Below, in pieces: positions 9,429 to 17,488 of a stretch of DNA of 58,539 nt; the stretch's first letter is position 1, and every line of letters starts with the position of its first letter. The stretch spans positions 1 through 58,539 of the IMG/VR virus record IMGVR_UViG_3300032132_000009, one strand, 5' to 3'. The DNA is from a virus (Duplodnaviria; Caudoviricetes). The notes under the pieces were generated by a model. That model saw nothing but the letters and a program-made list of their open reading frames with translations. It was not told the origin of the DNA and searched no databases. A program made the translations under genes and the position numbers.

Positions 9429-10409
9429 TCACCGCCCCTGTGCAAGCGCTTGCATTTGAGCAGCTACCATGTGTTCCACCATAGATTGAAAACTCACTTC
9501 AGGCTTCCATCCAAATGTAAATCGTGCTTTCTCTGCATCCCCGCATAGATGAGTAACGTCGTTAGCTCTCACAAACTCTTCAGATGTTTGCACATATTTA
9601 GTATAGTCTAAATCCAAGTACCCAAATGCGATTTCCAGTAACTCTTCAATGGAATGCTCGATGCCAGTTGCTACGACATAAGAATCCGGTTTATCTTGTT
9701 GCATCATCTGCCACATCGCGTTTACATAGTCACCCGCATACCCCCAGTCTCGTGTTGATTCTATGTTACCTAGAATTAACGTGTCTTGACGGTTAGCTTT
9801 GATTTTAGCGGCTGCACTACATATTTTTTGAGTAACAAACCCGCTACCTCGACGAGGGCTTTCATGATTGAACAAAATGCCACGACAGACAAATAAATCA
9901 AACGCTTGACTGTAGGTTTCCGCAACGTTATGCGCAAACACTTTAGCGCAGGCGTAGGGGCTACATGGTGCAAGTGACGTGTCTTCATCTTGTATTGCCG
10001 TTTCCGCATTACCAAACATCTCACTGGATGATGCTTGGTACACTCTCACTTGGTTGCCTGTTCTATTTTGATACTGTAACGCTGCATGAAAAACTGAAGC
10101 CGCCCCCAGACCTGTAACATTATAAGTATATGTAGGATGTTTGAATGACAAACCTACGTGACTTTGGGCTGCTAAATTGTAAATTTCATCCGGCGCAACA
10201 GTATCTATCACATACTGAATTCCCACAGGATCAGTTAAATCCATGTAATGCATGAATGCATTGTTTTCAGACGAATAACTCAGTTCTCCTGTATTTGGCT
10301 TATTCATGGTAGTAGTACCATGAACGATGTAACCTTTACTTTTTAACAACTTGGACAAGTACCAACCATCTTGTCCCGTTACTCCTGTAATCAATGCCAC
10401 GCTATGCAT
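9429..10409 (-). CDS. gmd: GDP-mannose 4,6-dehydratase
   Basis: ALITGVTGQDGWYL, YNLAAQSHV, YQASSSEMFG, SPYACAK, ILFNHESPRRG..FVTQKI and RDWGYA. Confidence 0.95.
   Translation of the reverse strand: MHSVALITGVTGQDGWYLSKLLKSKGYIVHGTTTMNKPNTGELSYSSENNAFMHYMDLTDPVGIQYVIDTVAPDEIYNLAAQSHVGLSFKHPTYTYNVTGLGAASVFHAALQYQNRTGNQVRVYQASSSEMFGNAETAIQDEDTSLAPCSPYACAKVFAHNVAETYSQAFDLFVCRGILFNHESPRRGSGFVTQKICSAAAKIKANRQDTLILGNIESTRDWGYAGDYVNAMWQMMQQDKPDSYVVATGIEHSIEELLEIAFGYLDLDYTKYVQTSEEFVRANDVTHLCGDAEKARFTFGWKPEVSFQSMVEHMVAAQMQALAQGR
9440..9455. repeat. Dispersed palindrome copy 6 (3' end of gmd)
   Basis: GTGCAAGCGCTTGCAT; encodes MQALAQ. Confidence 0.9.
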
Positions 10410-10605
10410 CTGCTTCCTTCCTACTTGACAATTTACTTCTAGCTACTTCGAATCCTGCAATCCCTAAGCCCACTTCAAAGATTGAGTTCCACTCTGTGGA
10501 ATCAAATTTATCTGCATTCAAATACAGTATCACCGTCAAAAATACTAAATAAACACTATGCTGGAGAATTGTCCAAATTTTGTGATCTGACGGATACCGC
10601 CTCAT
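10402..10605 (-). CDS. Small two-TM membrane protein (holin-like)
   Basis: 67 aa with two hydrophobic segments and a basic C-terminus; overlaps both neighbours. Confidence 0.45.
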   Translation of the reverse strand: MRRYPSDHKIWTILQHSVYLVFLTVILYLNADKFDSTEWNSIFEVGLGIAGFEVARSKLSSRKEADA

Positions 10606-11578
10606 TTGTAACTCCTTTTACTAAGTTCATGAAGTCATGTCTTTTAGTGGCCCATGATCGTTTCTCCGCCCAACGTCTAACTTCAATACTCTCCTGCCCT
10701 AAACCCATAGTCATAACTTCTTTACAAATATTTACAATATCGTTAGGACTTGACAAATGCCAATCCATCGGTCTACTTACTGCCTGACTTATAGACATGG
10801 TAGGGATGCGAAACAATGCTGGGTTTTCATTCCACGGAGAGGCGTCCGGAGTGATTACCAACATACCACATGCCATAGCCTCCCACGGCTCTAACCCAAT
10901 TCCGTCTACAGTATGAGGAGCTATAAGTACATCACCTTGCTGGTACAATTCATTATTGTCTTCCACAGATGGCAAAACAACAACATCCATAGCTTGCTCA
11001 GGTATGCGGATATCCACTTGACTGATAACTGTCAGGGGCATCTCCGGCCAAACTTCCAAAGCCTGTCTAACTGCATCCCAGCCTTTACGGCCATGCCAGC
11101 CACCGCGACCATTGAGGAATAAAAATCGTTTGCACTCATTACGTTGTACAAATGAAAATCTATCGGTGTCAACCGGCCAAGGAAAATGCACGCAAGGCAA
11201 GCCGTCCGCGCTCAAGATATCGTAGCATTGCTTAGTCGGGCAAATAAATAAGTCTACGTCAACCGTCCACTTGCCTCGGGGCGTCCACTCAAGCATAGGG
11301 ACGCATACGGTACGCTTACCTTGTGCCCGCGCCAGCGGAATAAGATTTGGAAAATAAGGAGTCTCACAGAACAGTAACACATCGCATTGTTCAATTGCTA
11401 CTTTCAGAGAGTCTGCAAACTTATCATCCAATTTTCGAGCGTTCGACTCAATGGCGGAAGGCCAGTGAGAATGGGTCTTCTTCAACCACAACTCCAAATC
11501 GCAGTAGCAATCAAGTTGTCGATTAAGCTCTCCCAATCCGGTGTGACAGTCATAACCTACTAATCCTACTTTTGACAT
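10556..11578 (-). CDS. GT4-like glycosyltransferase
   Basis: WPVDTDRF, RKG..AV, DVLIAPHTVDGIGLEPWEAMACGMLVI. Confidence 0.85.
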   Translation of the reverse strand: MSKVGLVGYDCHTGLGELNRQLDCYCDLELWLKKTHSHWPSAIESNARKLDDKFADSLKVAIEQCDVLLFCETPYFPNLIPLARAQGKRTVCVPMLEWTPRGKWTVDVDLFICPTKQCYDILSADGLPCVHFPWPVDTDRFSFVQRNECKRFLFLNGRGGWHGRKGWDAVRQALEVWPEMPLTVISQVDIRIPEQAMDVVVLPSVEDNNELYQQGDVLIAPHTVDGIGLEPWEAMACGMLVITPDASPWNENPALFRIPTMSISQAVSRPMDWHLSSPNDIVNICKEVMTMGLGQESIEVRRWAEKRSWATKRHDFMNLVKGVTNEAVSVRSQNLDNSPA

Positions 11579-11591
11579 TTTAATTTCCTCC

Positions 11592-11607
11592 GTGCAAGCG
11601 CTTGCAC
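11592..11607. repeat. Dispersed palindrome copy 7 (intergenic)
   Basis: Perfect GTGCAAGCGCTTGCAC between a stop and the next RBS. Confidence 0.92.
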
Positions 11608-11608
11608 A

Positions 11609-12172
11609 TCAAGCTACTTTTTTCAATATGGTTTGTCGCAATCCTTCCATGTGCATTGCGTAGCCGTGTTTTAATGCGTAGGGAATCACTAAGTCCCCTT
11701 TTCCGGGTGACACATCGCAATCATCTATCAACACAATTGAACCAACTGCCATGTGATTTTCACATACTTTAAAACAGTCCAGTGCAAACTGAACACCATC
11801 TTCTTTGGACGGATGAGGTCCGTCCAAATACAACAACCCAAATGGCCCTTTTTCCCGATAATCCATCTTCTCCAGATACTCAAACGCATCGGCACAAATG
11901 AAGTTGACATTGCTTCGCTCGCCAACCAAAGACTTTGCTGTTGCAATTGCTCGGGCTTCGATGTCAATACAAATAACATCTCTACCTGACTCGGCCCACT
12001 TCACAGTGGAATGCCCGTCAGACCTGGCAGCAACTGGACGAATATCTCTGATCGCCCCAATTTCCACGATAGGCCCCCACTCCGGCATCGCCTCTAACGC
12101 TTCTTTAAACAAAAATTTGTCCCATCGTGCTTCACTCATGCGTAGTTCCTTAGTAAATGCAGTATCAAGCAT
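11609..12172 (-). CDS. Class I SAM-dependent methyltransferase (Methyltransf_24-like)
   Basis: IVEIG, CIDIE, DAFEYL, LLYLDG, IVLIDD and GKG. Start uncertain (12172 or 12139). Confidence 0.8.
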   Translation of the reverse strand: MLDTAFTKELRMSEARWDKFLFKEALEAMPEWGPIVEIGAIRDIRPVAARSDGHSTVKWAESGRDVICIDIEARAIATAKSLVGERSNVNFICADAFEYLEKMDYREKGPFGLLYLDGPHPSKEDGVQFALDCFKVCENHMAVGSIVLIDDCDVSPGKGDLVIPYALKHGYAMHMEGLRQTILKKVA

Positions 12173-12182
12173 ACTGAATTTG

Positions 12183-12815
12183 TCACCTAAACAAAAAAGG
12201 ACTGATTTTGTATATGTTACACCCAAACTCTTGGATAAGTTTCTGTGAAACTCGCGTCGTATGCTCCTTTATCGACGACAACCATGAAACATACTCCTCC
12301 TTACTTTCCTGCATTGGGTGTATATTTTCGTAGTATCCAGCTACCCACGCCTGTCCGTCTACTTCACAACAGTCATGCCCGCATATGAAGATATTTTTGG
12401 CTCCAAAATACGCCGCCAAATGAATAGCAGATGTTGCAGTTGAGTGACTAACCACTATTTCGTTAGAATTTTCCTGAATGCATTTTAAGTTAGGACGTTG
12501 TTCAGGTTTACTAGGATGATCAAACACATAATAATCCACGTCAAGCGTATTAAGAGGCCCACCGAAGTCGCCAAACACATGCTTAGACAATACAATTTTC
12601 GCGTCATTTCGATGCTTCAATATCTCTGCGAATCCCGATGTGTCTTTAGAAACTATGTAATTGCACTTAAAGAACTTACAAATTCTATTGACTCCTACAG
12701 TAATTTTATTATCAAAAAAATCGTGTCGAAAATAATTCATGCTAGGACCGGCACAAAGCACATACACGTCTTGTCCAAGCTGATTGTTTTTAAGATCAGT
12801 TATAGGGCGTGTCAT
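12183..12815 (-). CDS. DUF115/Maf-like (MptE-like) putative sugar transferase
   Basis: VYVLCAGPSM, ITVGVNRI and STATSAIHLAAYFGAKNIFICGHDC. Confidence 0.7.
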   Translation of the reverse strand: MTRPITDLKNNQLGQDVYVLCAGPSMNYFRHDFFDNKITVGVNRICKFFKCNYIVSKDTSGFAEILKHRNDAKIVLSKHVFGDFGGPLNTLDVDYYVFDHPSKPEQRPNLKCIQENSNEIVVSHSTATSAIHLAAYFGAKNIFICGHDCCEVDGQAWVAGYYENIHPMQESKEEYVSWLSSIKEHTTRVSQKLIQEFGCNIYKISPFLFR

Positions 12816-13483
12816 GTCGCTACCATTTGATTGCGCTGTTGATTTTGTCTAAACACCGTGCCTGCGGTGTGCTGCTTAGTATACTCATTGTCCAATCCAT
12901 AACCTAGTGCTATTAGATATCTATGCTGTCCGTAGCGTTCTACATATTGACGCTGTTGCCCTCTATGTACTATCCGTTGGTCAAATACAATGGCGTCTGT
13001 AGGCTTACTGTGTATACACACTTCCTGTGACCTGTTAGAAAAAGGTTTAACCCATAAACCGTGGTCGTTATCGCTGTGGTCTTGCAAAAGGAAGCACACT
13101 TTGAGAATTTTATAGCCCTCGTCCTGAACATTCAGTGTCTGAAAATGTGCGAGTCGAGGAGGGAGCGTGTCGTCGTGCCAGCCAGTCAGTTTATTTTGGT
13201 GTAAATCGCTGTGCTCATTAAAAATCCAATCTTCTCCCAAGGCTTCGTCTACGATATTTGTGACACGAGAATCTTTGTGTAAGTTGTTCAATACGCCTAA
13301 CTCGGGAGTCACACCGGCCCATCCGGGTACAACCTTACCTCCGTCACAGGGAAAATAAGTAGAGGCAATATAATTATCACACAGTTGCCGGAACAGAGGT
13401 ATTTCGTTTCCTTTTAACACGTGAGGGACAACTGAAAATCCCTCTGACTTGAAAGTATTGCAAACATTACTCATGCTGCGCAC
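12812..13483 (-). CDS. Phytanoyl-CoA dioxygenase-like 2OG-Fe(II) enzyme
   Basis: F..EGF.VVP.VL at the N-terminus, WHDD (HxD) and DAIVFDQRIVHRG. Confidence 0.75.
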   Translation of the reverse strand: MRSMSNVCNTFKSEGFSVVPHVLKGNEIPLFRQLCDNYIASTYFPCDGGKVVPGWAGVTPELGVLNNLHKDSRVTNIVDEALGEDWIFNEHSDLHQNKLTGWHDDTLPPRLAHFQTLNVQDEGYKILKVCFLLQDHSDNDHGLWVKPFSNRSQEVCIHSKPTDAIVFDQRIVHRGQQRQYVERYGQHRYLIALGYGLDNEYTKQHTAGTVFRQNQQRNQMVAT

Positions 13484-14183
13484 CTTTTAATGCAACATTG
13501 TGATTTTGAACTAACTTTAATACAAGTTTTTTTTCTTGGTTGAAGTCATGCCCGTAGCCTTTTTCATACACCTTGTTAATGTCGGCAGAAGAGACTATTT
13601 TATCATAAGGATTCGGAAGATCATAAATAGACATAAGTTTCTCACAATATCGCGTGTTTGCTACATCATCGAAATAATGATACTTGTCACAATCCAAGTC
13701 TCGATTGAAGCCAAATAACGCAACTTTACTAAAATATTCAATAGCAAATAACAAGCCTACAGGGCCATTCGAAGTATCCAAACTTCTACTCGGTATAAAA
13801 TAATTATCAAAATATTTTCTATTTTCACTGCTTAAAGAATGTCTGTAATCTATATCAAAGTATTTAGTCATTGTAGAATGACCGTGAACGTTAAACTTGT
13901 TTGGCCGTAATACCAACTCGTCCTGCTCCATAAAATAGTATGCTTTCCCTCGATAACCTCCAAGCACACGATGCGTAGTTTTTGAGCCTACAAAGTTTTC
14001 ATACCCTGCTGTTGGAGCCATGTTAAACCTGACGACATAATCATACGAGTCAATACAATTACCGTCTTCCCGGTCAAGAAGCGTAGGGCCGTTAAATACG
14101 ACAGCGCAACTTTTGTCTTGAAAACAAAAGTGTTGTTCATACTTCTTTGCACCTAAAAATTGTCGTTTTTTTATTGAGTAAAT
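13467..14183 (-). CDS. GT29 (eukaryote-type) sialyltransferase-like protein; start anomalous
   Basis: The frame is open from 14195. Sialylmotif L CAVVFNGPTLLDREDGNCIDSYDYVVRFNMAPTAGYENFVGSKTT begins at 14108, upstream of the tracked ATG at 14021. Also motif S (SNGPVGLLFAIEYFSKVALFGF), motif III (HYFD) and VS (HDFNQE). Confidence 0.8.
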   Translation of the reverse strand: MYSIKKRQFLGAKKYEQHFCFQDKSCAVVFNGPTLLDREDGNCIDSYDYVVRFNMAPTAGYENFVGSKTTHRVLGGYRGKAYYFMEQDELVLRPNKFNVHGHSTMTKYFDIDYRHSLSSENRKYFDNYFIPSRSLDTSNGPVGLLFAIEYFSKVALFGFNRDLDCDKYHYFDDVANTRYCEKLMSIYDLPNPYDKIVSSADINKVYEKGYGHDFNQEKKLVLKLVQNHNVALKGAQHE

Positions 14184-14857
14184 TTCACCACTCCATCACC
14201 AAATCCTTTGGCGGCGTATCCATGTGCTGCCAATGTTTTTTCTATTTTTGCGCCTCTCACACCTTGCAATGGTACTGTCTTGTCGTCATGACGATGAAAC
14301 TCACATATCAAAGTGTGAAATTTTAAAAAGTAGTTGTTAGGGAGTAGACATTCCTCGAACAACTCGTACTCCCCATGTTCGATATCCATAACCAATACAT
14401 CAAAAGACATGGAATACTTACTCTCTAGCTCCGAAATAGTTGTCTGCTCAACTTGTATTTCTCTACGTGCATGTGTTGAATGCGCAGATCCACCCATAAT
14501 GTGATCGGGATGGACATAAAACGATCTGCTGCCAACCGCGTTACTTATCAAGCAATTTTCTATCTCAAACAAGCAATCATTTTCATTTCTGACCGCAGTT
14601 AATTGCTTTATGAGATAAGGATTTGCCTCGATAACAACATGCTGGCGGCTGTCGGCAAGCAACTTATTGGCAACGCACGATATGATCCCTATGCACCCTC
14701 CAATATCCAACACTGATGAGTAAGGATTTAAACCCACTAACGCCTTAGCTTCTGCGGGTTCCCAACTATCAGTTAACATCCTTTTCGTCAACTTAGCATT
14801 CAGCAGCCCGTCATCTTCAATTGTAACACTTAGGCCATGAGGCGTATAATGTGCCAT
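14171..14857 (-). CDS. FkbM-family methyltransferase
   Basis: VLDIGGCIG, VVIEANP, DVLVMDIEHGEY and ICEFH. Confidence 0.85.
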   Translation of the reverse strand: MAHYTPHGLSVTIEDDGLLNAKLTKRMLTDSWEPAEAKALVGLNPYSSVLDIGGCIGIISCVANKLLADSRQHVVIEANPYLIKQLTAVRNENDCLFEIENCLISNAVGSRSFYVHPDHIMGGSAHSTHARREIQVEQTTISELESKYSMSFDVLVMDIEHGEYELFEECLLPNNYFLKFHTLICEFHRHDDKTVPLQGVRGAKIEKTLAAHGYAAKGFGDGVVKFTQ

Positions 14858-14859
14858 AC

Positions 14860-15489
14860 TTACTTCTCCATCTTTATCAAATCTTTCTGAGTATCAACAT
14901 CCAATACATCGTCAACATCCATAAAATATGTCTCAGAATTGTATAAATTAGTGTTCAACTTTACTAAAGCACTGGGTAAAATAATTGATATGTAATGTGA
15001 AATCTCAAAACACTTTCGATAGTCTTGTCGTCTCGAAAAATCATGCTTAATAACTTGTACCCCTTTACCAGCCCCAACATCAAACATCATCAAGTACGGA
15101 CTTTGCTTAACTTGCTTTTTACACAAAAGACTACTAAGTTGATTGTGTTGAAACAGGTTGACTGCCCGCTCCACATCTCTCCATTCGCGTTGAGGATACG
15201 TCAAATAAAGCATCAAAACAGGCTCGTCATCCAACTGGATTTTGGAACAAAACTCCTCCATCATATCTTTCGTGGTCGCTGTATCTGCAGCGGACGCCGA
15301 TGATCTGGATACGGATTTAAAATTTTGTGCAAGCGCTTGCATTTGGATTACTTGGTCATCCGTAAAAACATGCACTAAACTTCGATACTTTTTAGGTATA
15401 CTATCAGCAGTGTACTTAAACAACTTCCTATTTTTAAACGGCATTCCTTTTGAATTTCTTCTAGCAGGAATTAGTATTTTCATAATCAT
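14860..15489 (-). CDS. Acylneuraminate (NeuA/PseF-like) cytidylyltransferase
   Basis: ILIPARRNSKGMPFKN, TDD, LYLTYPQR and DVDTQKDL. Confidence 0.85.
   Translation of the reverse strand: MIMKILIPARRNSKGMPFKNRKLFKYTADSIPKKYRSLVHVFTDDQVIQMQALAQNFKSVSRSSASAADTATTKDMMEEFCSKIQLDDEPVLMLYLTYPQREWRDVERAVNLFQHNQLSSLLCKKQVKQSPYLMMFDVGAGKGVQVIKHDFSRRQDYRKCFEISHYISIILPSALVKLNTNLYNSETYFMDVDDVLDVDTQKDLIKMEK
15327..15342. repeat. Dispersed palindrome copy 8 (in NeuA-like gene)
   Basis: GTGCAAGCGCTTGCAT; encodes MQALAQ. Confidence 0.9.
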
Positions 15490-15504
15490 TTGCCTTCACG
15501 ACGC

Positions 15505-16167
15505 TTAATCCATATCAAATTGAGCAGACGTGCGAACACTGAATGTCTCTTGCTTGAGTGACCAAAAAAAGCACGCTATAGACTTACGCCCCCGCTCATC
15601 TTGAATGACGCCAGGAACTCCATGATAGCTGTGCTCTGTGCATTCAAAAATAACAAGCCTGTTAGCCGTGGGAGTAATGCTAACAGACTCACTTCTGCCT
15701 TCGTTTTCAAAAATTAAATCCCCACCCCCATCGACATCATGCAGATACAAACACATCGAATACTTACGAGTCCAACCTGTCAATGGGTGAATATTGGAGT
15801 CAAGATGACGCTCTAAATACCCATGCTTGGGCACCCAATGCAAACCCGCACCATATCCAGATAAATCAGGAAAAACGTCACTTCCCGTCAATTCAACCAA
15901 ATCTATGGAGCACATGGAATTAAACAGTAACTTACTTGCCGGTGGCAACCGTTCAATGTCTTTCGTTGCAAACTTTCTGCTCGTATGGGTATCGTACAGA
16001 TGCCAATGCACCCAGTCCTCACTGGGCCATTCTATTTCAGCCGCTTTTACCAATGACGCTGAAAATGCATCATCTATCACCCAATGCGGGAAAGGACTTT
16101 TACTTACTCGCACGTTTCGCCCTTTTAGCATGTAACCATTTGTTAAATTCATCTCGGGGCTGCTCAT
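15505..16167 (-). CDS. 2OG-Fe(II) oxygenase
   Basis: SPFPHWVIDD, GAGLH, HLD (HxD), NRLVIF, SYHGV and RKSIA. True start probably 16131 or 16113. Confidence 0.85.
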   Translation of the reverse strand: MSSPEMNLTNGYMLKGRNVRVSKSPFPHWVIDDAFSASLVKAAEIEWPSEDWVHWHLYDTHTSRKFATKDIERLPPASKLLFNSMCSIDLVELTGSDVFPDLSGYGAGLHWVPKHGYLERHLDSNIHPLTGWTRKYSMCLYLHDVDGGGDLIFENEGRSESVSITPTANRLVIFECTEHSYHGVPGVIQDERGRKSIACFFWSLKQETFSVRTSAQFDMD

Positions 16168-17479
16168 TTAAATGATACATGCTCCCAACTTCGTCTCCCA
16201 TCACGCAATACGAATGCTCCACTGGGAAATGATCCGCAGGCCATGATTCCGTACCCCACCAATACTGCCTAAATGGAAAATCTGACATTGGAAAGAGTCG
16301 AGCAGACCGAAATGCATAGTAAGTACCAGAAAAATGCCACTTGTACCTAGTACCGAGCATCCTGCCATGCCGACGAAATGAACCTACAAATGTAGCTCCG
16401 TCTGACATAGCTTGAACTACTTCTTCCATGTTATCAAGTACCGTGTCATACAGTCTCTCTGTCCACCACTTTATCGCGGTACTCGAAGCCGCGTGTGACT
16501 GCATTCCTTTCCCGTGATGACAAAATACAATTTGATTAGGATCATCTGAACCCACCATTTTAACCATTTCTCTATAAGTAACTACTTCACGTAAATTACT
16601 TTGATTTTTTGTTGTAATAAATTCCCATCCCGGAAATGCCTCTTTTACAACATCTGCACTATCCGTGGAGTCATCCGTTGCAATCCCCATGATTTTTCTA
16701 TCATAAAGATGCTCCACTTTTGCAAGTTTATCAATGTGCCATTGCCAATTCCCCTTCACCGGCCACATATGACTCAAGAGCACAGTTTTAGGTTTGGCTG
16801 TAAACGGAAAAGGTATTGGCGATCCTTTCACACCCGGCTTAAACTTAGCGGAATACACTTTTGGCTGAGGCCGCTTTTGTTTACCTTTTCCGCATGAACT
16901 GCAACCAGCCGCCCGGCTTCGTCGTTTACCTTTATACGGAATTGCGCGAGGCGTAGTGGCGTCAAGTAAAGATTTAGCCGCTGCATCCACAGCGGCGGTT
17001 ACATCCAACTTCAATTTGATTTCAATTCCTTTAGTTTGTATCTTATCAGGAATCCATCGGGACGCCCAGGGTTTATTTTCAGATATCCACTCTTTTGCCC
17101 GTGGAAGCATGTCCTCTACGATGTCGTCAATTTTTTTACGACATTTCTCCACACCCCACTGATTCATTTCATGCGCGAGGTCCAAGCACTCCTGACAATG
17201 TGGAATTCCTGCTTTTTCATAAATTCGTAGCAGCTCGGTCCCTGGCCCAAACGCTGCTATTTCCATATTTGGACTGACTGAAACACCGTGAACTATTAGT
17301 TGCGGTTGTGCAAGCGCTTGCACAGTATCCACCGCTTCGGATGCTTCTTCAAACAGTGGAGGTAATCCCCAACGCTTTCTATACTTATTTATTTTACCTT
17401 CAGGTAAGTCTGCCAACCCGCAACAAATGTTCCATTGGCGACTACCATACTCAAAATCTATACATTCTGGATGCTCCAT
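16100..17479 (-). CDS. Multidomain protein: Cys-containing N-terminus plus putative glycosyltransferase-like C-terminus
   Basis: N-terminal CQECLDLAHEMNQWGVEKC and CSSCG; C-terminal FCHHGKG...WHFSGTYYAFRS...ESW resembles viral GT-like domains. Confidence 0.4.
   Translation of the reverse strand: MEHPECIDFEYGSRQWNICCGLADLPEGKINKYRKRWGLPPLFEEASEAVDTVQALAQPQLIVHGVSVSPNMEIAAFGPGTELLRIYEKAGIPHCQECLDLAHEMNQWGVEKCRKKIDDIVEDMLPRAKEWISENKPWASRWIPDKIQTKGIEIKLKLDVTAAVDAAAKSLLDATTPRAIPYKGKRRSRAAGCSSCGKGKQKRPQPKVYSAKFKPGVKGSPIPFPFTAKPKTVLLSHMWPVKGNWQWHIDKLAKVEHLYDRKIMGIATDDSTDSADVVKEAFPGWEFITTKNQSNLREVVTYREMVKMVGSDDPNQIVFCHHGKGMQSHAASSTAIKWWTERLYDTVLDNMEEVVQAMSDGATFVGSFRRHGRMLGTRYKWHFSGTYYAFRSARLFPMSDFPFRQYWWGTESWPADHFPVEHSYCVMGDEVGSMYHLNEQPRDEFNKWLHAKRAKRASK
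17308..17323. repeat. Dispersed palindrome copy 9 (intragenic)
   Basis: Perfect; encodes VQALAQ. Confidence 0.92.
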
Positions 17480-17488
17480 TTTAAATCT

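Noticed and set aside
11608-15326. Palindrome-free, AT-richer stretch as evidence of recent acquisition
   Set aside because: The 3.7-kb gap is no longer than gaps in core genes (4.8 kb across the tape measure gene), and I cannot quantify the GC shift by eye.
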